A DNA stretch of 64,000 bases from Candidatus Bathyarchaeota archaeon (GCA_963775685.1 CAVZJV010000014.1:608001-672000); one strand, 5' to 3'; counted from the first letter of the stretch, positions 29,848 to 39,802 are shown. Made by a program: numbers and translations. Notes: a model not told the origin generated them from the sequence alone.

Positions 29848-30546
29848 ATGTCGGTGATACCTGAAATATCTAATCCATACATAGGCTCATTCGCTATAGG
29901 TTTAATCTATGGATTAGGAGTCTGTACCGCCTCATGTCTTCCTGTCGTCGCAGGTTACATCGCTGGCATAGGCGCGGGTTTCCGCAAAGGTGTCAAAGTT
30001 ACATTGATTTTTAATTCTGGAAGAGTCTTGGCATACGCTTTGATTGGATTATTAATTGGGTTATTAAGTGGACTGATAACTTTGGTGGAGCCAGATGTTT
30101 TGTCACCTTTTCAAATTTACTCCTCAATAATCTTTGGCGCAATAACAATCGCGATTGGCGCATGGATGCTTCTAAAAGCAAGAAAGCCAAATAAATGCAG
30201 CATCAAAGGCGCCAACATGCCACCTTCGGGCAAAATGAAACGCTATGGGTTTGATTTTGGCGCTTTCACTCTTGGTTTAAGCAGAGGCTTAATTATTTGT
30301 CCGCCTCTGGTTTCACTATTGCTGCTTTATGCACTGCCCTTCTCTAGCCCGACCGGAACCATGACGTTAGCTATCCTGTTTGGGTTAGGAACCACAATCT
30401 CTCCACTTTTGGTATTGGGTGGTGTTACGGGTTGGCTATTCAACAAGGCACCGTTGTTTCGGAAGTGGATTTCCGTGGCAGGCGCAGCTGTGTTGATAGC
30501 GTTTGGAGCATTTACGATGGTTGGGTCATTAATTCAGATAACATAA
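29848..30546 (+). CDS. DsbD_2/CcdA-like (TauE/SafE-like) membrane protein
   Basis: CTASCLP, FNSGRVLAY, GLIICPP, FGLGT. Confidence 0.8.
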   Translation: MSVIPEISNPYIGSFAIGLIYGLGVCTASCLPVVAGYIAGIGAGFRKGVKVTLIFNSGRVLAYALIGLLIGLLSGLITLVEPDVLSPFQIYSSIIFGAITIAIGAWMLLKARKPNKCSIKGANMPPSGKMKRYGFDFGAFTLGLSRGLIICPPLVSLLLLYALPFSSPTGTMTLAILFGLGTTISPLLVLGGVTGWLFNKAPLFRKWISVAGAAVLIAFGAFTMVGSLIQIT

Positions 30547-30559
30547 TGAGGCGAAAAAC

Positions 30560-31561
30560 ATGTCGTTGCAAATAGTTGGAGACCTATTAAGGCTGACGGT
30601 GCTTGCGGGGCTTGGAGTAGCAGGGATACTGGCAGTTCTAATTTGGAAAAGAAACATGTCAATGCGGGTAACTTTTCTTAGGTTTGTTATCCAAGCGGTC
30701 TCCTTTGCAGCCATATTCTACATATTCACCTACACAATCCCATTACTTTACGTCCTGATTATTCTCCTAACAATGACCATCGTTATAGGAAAGTTTTATT
30801 GCGGTTGGCTATGCCCATTTGCCCTAATCATGGATTTAGAAAGCCTCTTACGAAAAGCCCTCAAAGTGCGCCACCGAATCATCCCTGACAAACTAAACAA
30901 AAGCCTCCACAAATTCCGATACGTTCTGCTGATGTTTTTCCTTCTCATACCCATCGCATTGTGGCTTTTGGACCCGCCGCCAGACACTAATTTCGCTGTT
31001 TTGTATGCTCAGCTTTTGGCAGGACCATTCCGCCCCTACAGCATACTGCTAGCGCCTCTCATACCAGTAGTAGTGTCCTGGACAACCGCTCCCCTTATAA
31101 TTGGCGGAATTAACTTCAGTTATCCCTACGTTCAAGACATCATAACTTGGACGGGAACAAGCCCTGGTCAAATCATAAGCGTTGTATTTGTCGGTTTAAC
31201 GCTCGTCGGTTCCTTCTTCACAAGACGACTATGGTGCCGCTTCTGCCCAACTGGCGTTTCATTGGCTGTTGTGAATAGGTTTAAGGGTTTTAAGTGGGCT
31301 CCTCTGCTACATATTGAGAAAGATGAAGAGAAGTGCACCAAATGCGGGGTTTGCAAACGAGTTTGCCCTGTGCAAGTTACTGAGGTGTACGAGCAAAAGG
31401 GCGGAAAAATAACTACCTCCCAATGCATGCTGTGCGCTCGATGCGTCGAAATGTGCCCATATGAAGGCACTTTAAAAGTAAAATTAGGCAATAAATCAAT
31501 GTTTGAGTCAAGAAACTGGTTAGAACAATCAAAAAGCCAAGAGGAAGAGAAGAAAGAATGA
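30560..31561 (+). CDS. NapH/MauN-like membrane 4Fe-4S protein
   Basis: YCGWLCP, WCRFCP and two CxxCxxCxxxCP motifs. Confidence 0.85.
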   Translation: MSLQIVGDLLRLTVLAGLGVAGILAVLIWKRNMSMRVTFLRFVIQAVSFAAIFYIFTYTIPLLYVLIILLTMTIVIGKFYCGWLCPFALIMDLESLLRKALKVRHRIIPDKLNKSLHKFRYVLLMFFLLIPIALWLLDPPPDTNFAVLYAQLLAGPFRPYSILLAPLIPVVVSWTTAPLIIGGINFSYPYVQDIITWTGTSPGQIISVVFVGLTLVGSFFTRRLWCRFCPTGVSLAVVNRFKGFKWAPLLHIEKDEEKCTKCGVCKRVCPVQVTEVYEQKGGKITTSQCMLCARCVEMCPYEGTLKVKLGNKSMFESRNWLEQSKSQEEEKKE

Positions 31562-32886
31562 GTGAACCCGTTGCAAAAAGATACATGCCTGAAGTTTCCA
31601 GAAAAGAAATCGAAGAACTCAAAAACACCGTGAAAACAGCCTCCCTAAAAATAATGGCTGACAACATTGAACGCATGAAAAAAGCCGATCCCCACAGACC
31701 TCAAGCAATGAAATACTTTGACGATATCTCAAATCTGTTTGGGCAACGTCAACAGGAGATTGCGGCAGAGAAAGAGAAAGGAAAAAAAGTCATCGGTTAC
31801 CTGTGCCTTTTTGCGCCAACTGAGCTTATTTTAGCTGCAGGCGCCATACCAGTACGAGTGAACTCGGGTTGGTATGACACCTCCAAGTTAGGCGACAGGG
31901 TTGTGCCCGTGGAGGTTTGCCCAGTTATCCGTTCAACCATAGGCGCCAAAATGATCGAACTCTCGCCTTTCCTTGAACAGAGCGATGCATTAATCAGCGT
32001 ATTAACATGTGACGGCATGACAAAACTCAGCGAAATCTTAAGCGATTACAAGATAATCTGGGGAATGAACGTACCCCGAATAAAAGACTCAACCCAATCA
32101 TTGCGTTTCTGGAATGACGAAATAAAACAAATGAAAAAGCAAATTGAACAGTTCACCGGTAATAAGATAACCCGTAAAAACCTAAAAGAAGCCATCGAAA
32201 CAAGCCACAGAGCCACAAAAGCGTTTCGCCGCCTCCAGGAATTACGCAAAGGCAACCCAGTTATTATGGGTAGGGACGCCATGTTGGTAAACCAAGCGTA
32301 CCAGTGGGATAACAAGAAGCGTTGGACAGAAAAAACTGAAGCCTTATGCGATGAACTTGAAGCGAGGGCGCAGCTGAAAGACTGGGTTTGCCCCCCAGAT
32401 ACTCCGAGAGTGATGGTGACTGGCACACCGATGTTCTGGCCTGACAACTGGAAATTGCCCAGTTTGGTTGAAGAAAGCAGTCCTCAAGGAATTATAGTAG
32501 CTGACGAACAATGCTCGGGCGAAAGAATCCTCAACGACCCTGTCGGTGTCGACGAATGGTCCATGGATGACATGTTAAACGCGATAAGCGACCGTTACTT
32601 GATGGCGTCCACATGCCCCTGCTTTACTAGCAAAGATGGCAACGAAGACCGAATAAACTGGCTTCTTAACAAAGTCAAAGACTGGAATATTCAAGGTGTA
32701 ATCTACTATGTGGTCCGCGGCTGTATGCTCTACGCAATGGAGTACACTAGAGTCAAAAAAGCGCTGGACAAAATAAACGTCCCAGTGTACTACCTTGACA
32801 CCGAATACACAAGAGAAGATGTTGGACAAATGAAGACCCGTGTGGAAGCGTTCCTTGAAATGTTAACGGCAAGAGTGGATTTCTAA
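31558..32886 (+). CDS. 2-hydroxyacyl-CoA dehydratase-family protein with a double-cubane cluster protein (DCCP)-type cysteine pattern
   Basis: GYLC, EVCP, TCDG, EQCSG, TCPC, GCxxY (seven Cys); GQMKTRVEAFLE. Confidence 0.8.
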   Translation: MSEPVAKRYMPEVSRKEIEELKNTVKTASLKIMADNIERMKKADPHRPQAMKYFDDISNLFGQRQQEIAAEKEKGKKVIGYLCLFAPTELILAAGAIPVRVNSGWYDTSKLGDRVVPVEVCPVIRSTIGAKMIELSPFLEQSDALISVLTCDGMTKLSEILSDYKIIWGMNVPRIKDSTQSLRFWNDEIKQMKKQIEQFTGNKITRKNLKEAIETSHRATKAFRRLQELRKGNPVIMGRDAMLVNQAYQWDNKKRWTEKTEALCDELEARAQLKDWVCPPDTPRVMVTGTPMFWPDNWKLPSLVEESSPQGIIVADEQCSGERILNDPVGVDEWSMDDMLNAISDRYLMASTCPCFTSKDGNEDRINWLLNKVKDWNIQGVIYYVVRGCMLYAMEYTRVKKALDKINVPVYYLDTEYTREDVGQMKTRVEAFLEMLTARVDF

Positions 32887-32887
32887 A

Positions 32888-33673
32888 ATGATAACAGTTG
32901 GAATGGACTTGGGCACGCAAAGAGTGCAAGTAGTAATTGTAAAAGAAGGCTGCGTAGTTGCAAGAACCACGGCTTTCTCGGGATTTGACCCCACCAAAGC
33001 TGCAGAACAAGCCGTTGATGAAGCCCTAAAGATAGCATGTCTAAAGCTTTCAGACGTCAATCACTTCGCTGCAACAGGTTCAGCCATAGATATGGCACCA
33101 TATGCAAACAGCAAAGTTAGCATGATGAGTGCAGACGCAAAAGCAGGCGTATACCTCGTCCCTAAAGCTCGAACAATCATAGATGTCGGAGCCGAAGAAG
33201 CTAGAGCTGTAAAGTGCGATGAGAAAGGAGTAATGGCAGATTTTGTAGTGAACGAGCGCTGTGCGGCAGGTGCTGGCGCTTTTATTGAAGCTATGGCAAG
33301 GGCTCTTGAGGTAAAGATTGAGGATCTTGGTCCACTGGCACTTAAAGCAGAGAGAGCAAGCCCCATAAATGCATCCTGCGTAATCTTCGGCGAATCAGAT
33401 GTGGTTTCACTTATTCACCGCCAGGAACCCAAACCAGAAATCGCGCGAGCCGTATATGATGCAATGGCAGACCGCGTTTCCTCCATGATTCATCGCTTAG
33501 GAATAAACCCTGAAGTAGTTCTAGTGGGTGGAGTTGCCAAAGACCCAGGTTTCGTAGCGTCCCTGAATAGAAAACTAGGGTTAACTGTCACGATTCCAGA
33601 GTACCCTGAATACGTGGGTGCGCTGGGCGCTGCACTGATAGCGGCTAACCGTCCAAAGGAGCTGCAGAAATGA
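32888..33673 (+). CDS. ASKHA Fe-S ATPase activator (HgdC/BcrAD/BadFG family), BzdP-like
   Basis: GMDLG, IDVGAEE, NERCAAGAG, SCVIFGES, GGVAK. Confidence 0.85.
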   Translation: MITVGMDLGTQRVQVVIVKEGCVVARTTAFSGFDPTKAAEQAVDEALKIACLKLSDVNHFAATGSAIDMAPYANSKVSMMSADAKAGVYLVPKARTIIDVGAEEARAVKCDEKGVMADFVVNERCAAGAGAFIEAMARALEVKIEDLGPLALKAERASPINASCVIFGESDVVSLIHRQEPKPEIARAVYDAMADRVSSMIHRLGINPEVVLVGGVAKDPGFVASLNRKLGLTVTIPEYPEYVGALGAALIAANRPKELQK

Positions 33674-34569
33674 GCGCTACACAACCGACAGAGTTTTGGC
33701 GTTGGCAAGAATACCACCGCGTAATTCCCAACAAGAAATGGACCTCCAAAGACATAATCACCGCAGGTGTCGACGTAGGGTCCGTTGGATCTAAAGCAGC
33801 CATTATGGTAAATGGTGAAGCCTACAGCTGGGGCATCACGCGCACAGGCGCCAACAGTCCAGAGAGCGCTAAAAAAGCCCTCGATTACGCCTTGGAAGGA
33901 ACCGGACTCAAAGTAGGCGACCTCAAGTACATCGTCGGCACAGGCTACGGACGCGTCAATGTACCCATGGCAAACAAAGCTATCACCGAAATTGCGTGCC
34001 ACGCTAAAGGTGCCAATTACATTTGGGGACCCCGCGTCCGGACCGTCCTTGACGTAGGCGGACAAGACATCAAAGCAATCCGCATTGACCAAACCGGCAG
34101 AGTCGTCTCGTTTTTGATGAATGACAAATGTGCAGCCGGCACAGGCAGAGGCATGGAAGTTTTTGCTGACCTTCTGCAGATTCCCATAGAACAAATCGGC
34201 GAAATCTCTCTTAAGGTCGAAAAAGAACCCGAACCCGTAAGCTGCACCTGTGTTGCCTTCGCTAAAACCGAAGCCATGGGACTACTTCGAAAGGGCTGGT
34301 CGAAAGAAAAAGTGTTAGCGGCATATACGCGAGCGATGGCTGTTCGTATGGCTAACCTCATAAACAGAGTTGGCCTAGAGAAGGAACTGGTAGTTACCGG
34401 TGGTCAATCAAAAAATATCGGCATCGTTAGCAGAATCGAAACTATCCTTGGCGTAAAGTGCCTACCTATGCCCCAATGGCGGGAGGGCGGTTTAGACCCG
34501 ATGGTTGCCGGCGCGTTGGGCGCTGCTTCACTTGCTAAAGCATTGTATGATAAAGCGCAGAAAGGATAG
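33670..34569 (+). CDS. ASKHA Fe-S ATPase activator, BzdQ-like
   Basis: N-terminal EFWRWQE extension, GVDVGSV, GTGYGR, TEIACHAKG, MNDKCAAGTG. Confidence 0.85.
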   Translation: MSATQPTEFWRWQEYHRVIPNKKWTSKDIITAGVDVGSVGSKAAIMVNGEAYSWGITRTGANSPESAKKALDYALEGTGLKVGDLKYIVGTGYGRVNVPMANKAITEIACHAKGANYIWGPRVRTVLDVGGQDIKAIRIDQTGRVVSFLMNDKCAAGTGRGMEVFADLLQIPIEQIGEISLKVEKEPEPVSCTCVAFAKTEAMGLLRKGWSKEKVLAAYTRAMAVRMANLINRVGLEKELVVTGGQSKNIGIVSRIETILGVKCLPMPQWREGGLDPMVAGALGAASLAKALYDKAQKG

Positions 34570-34576
34570 ATTGCTT

Positions 34577-34879
34577 GTGATTACGCATTATGGCTACTGT
34601 GATGGCTCAGGCGAATTCTACATCATTATTGACTCGGATAAATGCAACGGCTGTGGCAAATGTGTAAAAAATTGCCCCCAAGTAGCGCTTATACTTGAAA
34701 CTGAATTCATCGATCTTGAAGATAAAACCGTCGTAGCAATCTCTGAAGCGCACCGCAAAAAAATCAAATACACATGCAGCTCCTGTAATCCTCAAACCAA
34801 CAATACTCCCTGTGTGCTGGCTTGCGAGTTAAAAGCAATCAAATGCATCTGGAACCTCAGTAAGCCACCAATCTTATAA
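34577..34879 (+). CDS. Ferredoxin, BzdM-like (2x[4Fe-4S])
   Basis: MITHYGYCDGSGEFYIIIDSDKCNGCGKCVKNCP...CSSC...C...C; GTG start just after the BzdQ-like stop. Confidence 0.8.
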   Translation: MITHYGYCDGSGEFYIIIDSDKCNGCGKCVKNCPQVALILETEFIDLEDKTVVAISEAHRKKIKYTCSSCNPQTNNTPCVLACELKAIKCIWNLSKPPIL

Positions 34880-34997
34880 ACACAAAAACCTGATAAGGAT
34901 TCGGTAAAAAATGAAAAAGAAAACGCAACTTCAAGGGTCTGTTTATAAAACCAACAATTACTTCTTGACCCCCGCAATCACGACCATAGCGTTTCCC

Positions 34998-35930
34998 ATG
35001 TTAATTGGGAGAAAAAAACAACCAGAGTTGCCCACGGAAACAGCCCCCAAGCCCACCCCAAAACCTAAGGGGCTTACAGTAACAAAATACGAAATTGCGG
35101 ACAGTGTCTTGAAATTTTTTGATGCAAAAGGGTTTCTCAAAAAACGGTGGGTGATAATTAAAGAAATCCCTGTTTACAAGATAACAAGCATCGAGAGTTT
35201 TGGCAACGAAGTAACAATAGACTGGAACGACTCTGTTTTTTCGTTTGTTTCCAAGAAAAAAAATGAATCTTTCACCGAGTTGCGTGACCAGATTCGAGAT
35301 TTGCTTGAAAGACAGCAGCAAACTCTGAGCGCCACCTCAAAAGATAGCCTAAAAAAAATAGAGCTTTCACCCATAATTAATTCTTCAATCTCTATTGTTG
35401 ACTCATCATTCAACATTTTGATGGGTTTGCAACCAAAGATAGTTAACTGGACTCATCTGGAGGGCTATACGGACATTTTAGGGAGCAACTTGGACTTTAA
35501 AGGGCTATCGTTGGAAAAATTAAACTTAGATTTTGGATTTGTTTCTGCTGCCGTCAAAAAGCAGGCGCCTCAAGAGACAGCAAAAGAATCTTTCGAAATT
35601 CTAAAGAAGATTTACGGGTACTTTGACGACTTAAATCTCGATAACGACGTGAACGGTGGCAGCAGCATCGTGAAGAATGTGAAAGAGGTAATCTTTGCAT
35701 ATTATATATTGAACGATCTGATGCTTGGGAAAGTTATTGGTGTAGCGGACAGCGAGAAAGAGGTTTCAGCACTAGAGGGTGTCTTGTTGGAGCTGGCTAA
35801 TAAGTCAAATCTTAAGCTTAGCTTTGGGCAGCTCAAGGTTTGTTTGAACCAGATTGTTAGTGAAGGGTATAATGATGGCGTAATAGAGGATGCGCGTCTG
35901 ATTTTTAAGGATCAGTTAAAGTTGCTTTAG
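34998..35930 (+). CDS. Hypothetical protein
   Basis: Long ORF with no recognised motif. Confidence 0.65.
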   Translation: MLIGRKKQPELPTETAPKPTPKPKGLTVTKYEIADSVLKFFDAKGFLKKRWVIIKEIPVYKITSIESFGNEVTIDWNDSVFSFVSKKKNESFTELRDQIRDLLERQQQTLSATSKDSLKKIELSPIINSSISIVDSSFNILMGLQPKIVNWTHLEGYTDILGSNLDFKGLSLEKLNLDFGFVSAAVKKQAPQETAKESFEILKKIYGYFDDLNLDNDVNGGSSIVKNVKEVIFAYYILNDLMLGKVIGVADSEKEVSALEGVLLELANKSNLKLSFGQLKVCLNQIVSEGYNDGVIEDARLIFKDQLKLL

Positions 35931-36394
35931 GAGTGCGATAGATTAGAGACCCTTTAGACTGGCTTGTTTGGTTTTTGCGAAAGGTCAGATAATAACGCGT
36001 CTCACTTTAATTTGGATATAAGATAATGAACGATGAAATATTTCTAATCTATCATTGTTAACAGCTTTATTTACAACTAATTCTGATCTTGGAAAGTCCC
36101 CAATGGAACCTCCAGATAAGAAACCTCATTGAAACAAAAACTATCATACGAAAACCTCCGAGCGCTACCCGAAACCTCCGTCAGAACCGACCTGTTGTGA
36201 TATGGCGGCCCTTTAAAGCAAAGACTGACAATTTAGCAAAGCTCTCCGAAACCCTTAATCAAGCGGTGAATGTTGTCCGAAGACCAGCATTCAGTATTGA
36301 GTATTGATAATCAATATAACCTGTATTATTTGAGCATTCGCTAGCTTTATCTACCGAAAACATCAATTGAATGTAAGACAATTGGGGTAGAAAA

Positions 36395-36955
36395 ATGACA
36401 AAGAGTCCACAATCAAAAGATGACGCGCTCGAGGCATTAGACTTCATAGTCAACGTTTTAAAAGAACATGAAAAAGACTTAGATAAGCTCATTAATGAGT
36501 TAGCAACAGTCACCGAACAAATGGGAGACAACAGCGAACTAAACGCCAAAGTCAAAAAAGTAGAAGGAAAAATAGACACAATTCAAAAAGAAGTCACAAA
36601 CTTGGTAGGTCAACTATCCCGTGCACCTAATCAAGAATTGCCAACTACAACTTTTAGAGAACAGACAGTTGAAATGGCACCTTCATTTGCTTCCATAGCA
36701 ACTGGCTTGCCATCCACGATTTTGCGGTGCAAGCAGTGGGAGGATTTCCAAGTCTTGGCGGCTCGGGCTCAAACACTGTCTTTTAGCTATAAAGAAGATG
36801 AGAAGGTTTTCCAGGCAGACGCAATTAAGGGTAATCAAATCATCTCCTATAATGGAGCGCTTCCAAAGTTTTCATCTATTCTGAAGATGTGGCTGTCTAA
36901 GCAGCTTGATGTGGCTGAACGTAACGTTTTGGAAGGCGTTTTGACCGTAAATTAA
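36395..36955 (+). CDS. Hypothetical coiled-coil protein
   Basis: 186 aa with an N-terminal heptad pattern (ALDFIVNVLKEHEKDLDKLI). Confidence 0.7.
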   Translation: MTKSPQSKDDALEALDFIVNVLKEHEKDLDKLINELATVTEQMGDNSELNAKVKKVEGKIDTIQKEVTNLVGQLSRAPNQELPTTTFREQTVEMAPSFASIATGLPSTILRCKQWEDFQVLAARAQTLSFSYKEDEKVFQADAIKGNQIISYNGALPKFSSILKMWLSKQLDVAERNVLEGVLTVN

Positions 36956-37361
36956 GGTAGCTTACGCTGAATTCATATCTCCATTTTTTATTTTTGTTTC
37001 ACAAGGCTTATAAGTAATCTATAATATCTTAAGTCTTGTTAGTGATTGGATGGATTGGTTAAGGTTGAAGGCTACACCACTACGCCCAAAAAACAATTTC
37101 CGTTTTCGAAGCCTTCTCCTTTCTCCTCGATACGGATGGCAAGTGGACAGCCAACACACATAACCACCCATCCAAAAGCACTAACAAAAAAATCTCCAAA
37201 ACAATCCCTCATTATGATAGAACATAAATTAAGAGACAGGACACTGGAGAGGTCGCGACCCTTCAACATAGCACAGTTTCTCCGTTAAAAAAATGGCAGG
37301 CTATAGAAAAAAAAGCAAAGCTGAGTTCAATAAGGACGTCAAAAAATAAAAGAAAAATAGG

Positions 37362-37934
37362 CTAATAGTTCTCTGTCCAGACTTCAAAGTAGGCTTTGGA
37401 GTGATCACATGTTGGGCATTTATCTGGCGCTGAGTCACCTTCCATGACTAAGCCGCAGTTTCTGCACTTCCACTTGACTGGTTGATCCTTCTTGAATACT
37501 TTGCCTTGCTGTAAACTTTCAAGCAACTTGTTGTATCGACGTTCATGATAAGCTTCTACTTTTGCAACACTCCGAAAAGTCCAAGCAACATCTTTAAATC
37601 CTTCCTGTTCAGCAACCTCACCGAAGTTGGGGTAGAGTGTTCCCCACTCGAGTTTTTCTCCTTCAGCTGCCGCTTTAAGGTGATCGGCGGTCGAAGCGAT
37701 TACGCCTGCTGGATAGGTTGCTTTGATTTCAACCATTCCGCCTTTCAGATGCTTAAAGAATAACTCGGCATGTTCCTTCTCGTTACCTGCAGTTTCCTCA
37801 AAAATCGCCGCAATTTGCTCATACCCTTCTTTTTTGGCTACGCTGGCGAAGAATGTGTAGCGGTTACGTGCTTGAGATTCGCCAGCAAAGGCGGCTAGAA
37901 GGTTCTTTTCTGTTTGACTTCCAACAAAATTCAT
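37362..37934 (-). CDS. rbr: Rubrerythrin
   Basis: AFAGESQARNRY, EKEHA, EAYHE, C-terminal CRNCG...CPTC. Confidence 0.95.
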   Translation of the reverse strand: MNFVGSQTEKNLLAAFAGESQARNRYTFFASVAKKEGYEQIAAIFEETAGNEKEHAELFFKHLKGGMVEIKATYPAGVIASTADHLKAAAEGEKLEWGTLYPNFGEVAEQEGFKDVAWTFRSVAKVEAYHERRYNKLLESLQQGKVFKKDQPVKWKCRNCGLVMEGDSAPDKCPTCDHSKAYFEVWTENY

Positions 37935-38039
37935 ACTGTTTAACTCCTACCTTTTGATATCTGAAACCAAAATAAAAGTGTTCCCAGTTTTTTCTATATT
38001 AATGTGAACGCTTTTATTTTCCACCACTCATTAGTTGTA

Positions 38040-38107
38040 TGCCGGATGATGAGAAGGCATTAGCTTGACAACTTGTTGGATGACGGATCAGAGTTACTCA
38101 GACGGCA
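38040..38107 (+). ncRNA. C/D-box guide sRNA (dual guide, 23S rRNA H69/H71 region)
   Basis: Terminal stem TGCCG/CGGCA; box C ATGATGA 38046-52; guide GAAGGCATTAGC; D' TTGA; C'-like TGGATGA; guide CGGATCAGAGTTACT; D-like CAGA. Guides are antisense to AATGCCTT and GTAACTCTGA, recalled as neighbouring LSU rRNA sequences. Confidence 0.65.
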
Positions 38108-38160
38108 ACGTCTGGGAAACTTTATGTTGCGAAGAAGTATAAGGTTTCTCAGGCGAAAAG

Positions 38161-39459
38161 ATGAGAAAATACGCTAGAGAGTGGGTTCAAAATTATCCCA
38201 GCATCGCAAAAATCTATGAAGCAATCGCGGGCATCAGGCGAATGGGCTCCGAGGGCACAGTTGAGATTTATGTTAAGGGCGTAAAAGGTTTCGTTGAGTA
38301 TTTAGGCTATTCTGACCCTGAAACAGCGCTCCTAGCAATTAAAGAAGGCAAGATAAACGTCGAAGAGAAAGTAGACAAATTTATCGATTATGCATTAGAA
38401 GAACAAAATAAAGCTCACAATCACGTTCGTAATCATGTTTTTGGCGTCAAAAAATGGTTTGGGTTAAACGGTATCCAAATGGATTGGAAGAAAATTGAGC
38501 TACCAACCACGTCAGAAATCCGAGAAGAGGATCGAGCACCTACAAAAGATGAGCTAAAGAGTCTGCTTAATCATGGAACATCTCGAGACCGTGCGGTTAT
38601 TTTTTGTGATTCAAGCAGTGGTCTTAGGGCAGGTACTCTCTTTAGCTTAAAGAAAGGGGACTTAGACCCTAATTATCCAGATTTGGCACGTTTAACTGTT
38701 CAAAGGAAAAGAGGTAGAAAATTCACTAGTAAGCGACGAGGAACTGCGGGAAGGTTATTCTGCACTTTCATTACGCCCGAAGCAAAGACCGCTCTGCTGC
38801 AATACTTCGAGGAAAGAGAAGCAGCAGGAGAAGTCCTAACTGATGAATCACCTCTCATAGGCGATAATTATCATAAAGGCAAGTTCACAACCATAGAGGA
38901 TTACGAAAAGGTCTGGGCAAGAATCCTAAAGCGAGCAGGATTAGCCAAAAAATCAAACAAATGGTACGAGCTACATATTCATACGCTAAGAAAGTATTTC
39001 CGTTCAAACTGCATCGGAGTTGACGCCAGTTACCGAGAACGCTGGATGGGCCATAAAGGACTCTACCTTGACATGAGTTACTTTAAAGCTGATGAACCAA
39101 AGAATCTGGAAGAATACCGCAAAGTCATTCCGCATTTAACTATTCAGGCAACTCCAATAGAAGAGAAGAAACTACGGTCGAAGATGCTTCTCGACTTCGC
39201 AAGACTCCAAGGGTACGATGACAATCAACTGCAAAAACTAGGCGATGTTTTAGCAAGAGCCAAAGACGTTGATGAAGCCATAACAGAATTTAGACATCTG
39301 AACGAAGACAGCGCACAGACAGACAACAGAGCTCAAAGTAGAAGTGCAACTGGAAAGTACAGCGTCGTGAAGGGAGAAGGGGAACTTGTTAAACATTTAG
39401 ATGACGGCTGGAGTTTAATTCAGAGCCTAAGCGAAGAAAAGTTTCTAATGAAAATGTAG
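38161..39459 (+). CDS. Tyrosine recombinase/integrase
   Basis: Catalytic set SSGLR, HTLRKYF, WMGH, DMSY. Confidence 0.9.
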   Translation: MRKYAREWVQNYPSIAKIYEAIAGIRRMGSEGTVEIYVKGVKGFVEYLGYSDPETALLAIKEGKINVEEKVDKFIDYALEEQNKAHNHVRNHVFGVKKWFGLNGIQMDWKKIELPTTSEIREEDRAPTKDELKSLLNHGTSRDRAVIFCDSSSGLRAGTLFSLKKGDLDPNYPDLARLTVQRKRGRKFTSKRRGTAGRLFCTFITPEAKTALLQYFEEREAAGEVLTDESPLIGDNYHKGKFTTIEDYEKVWARILKRAGLAKKSNKWYELHIHTLRKYFRSNCIGVDASYRERWMGHKGLYLDMSYFKADEPKNLEEYRKVIPHLTIQATPIEEKKLRSKMLLDFARLQGYDDNQLQKLGDVLARAKDVDEAITEFRHLNEDSAQTDNRAQSRSATGKYSVVKGEGELVKHLDDGWSLIQSLSEEKFLMKM

Positions 39460-39802
39460 TTCATTATTTCTAGGAAATGATTGGGGGTCGTAGTCTAGTT
39501 TCGGTCTAGCAAACTGCTGTCGACATCGACAAAAGAATTTTCGTGTTTTGCAATCTCTCCTTTTTTCTAGAGAGATACCGTGGAGCGAACCTCTGACTAA
39601 ACTGCTGTTTTTCAGGATGCCATTATTTACCGTTTTTCTTGACATTATTCCTAATTATAGGAAATACGATTAACAGCATAGATAATATGGATGCTAACCC
39701 TATGTGTACTAGGCGCAGTATTGAAACAGCCAACCTGCGTGCCTTGTTGGAAAACACAAATGCTTTTAACCCTATTTCCCCCATAAAAAACTGGAGAAAA
39801 AA

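Noticed and set aside
825-34361. Numerous 60-230 aa antisense or overlapping ORFs in the track
   Set aside because: They lie opposite or within confidently identified genes and have no motifs.
31558-34569. Canonical benzoyl-CoA reductase
   Set aside because: Only one catalytic-type subunit is present, it has a DCCP-like Cys pattern, and there are no neighbouring aromatic-degradation genes.
37046-37288. Short ORFs or an ncRNA between the hypothetical gene and rubrerythrin
   Set aside because: Only a short GTTGAAGG/CCTTCAAC complement, with no convincing protein or RNA motif.
38161-39459. Integron integrase (IntI) with classical attC cassettes
   Set aside because: I could not see the IntI-specific insertion, and the repeats lack RYYYAAC...GTTRRRY ends. 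Any cassette system here would be non-canonical.
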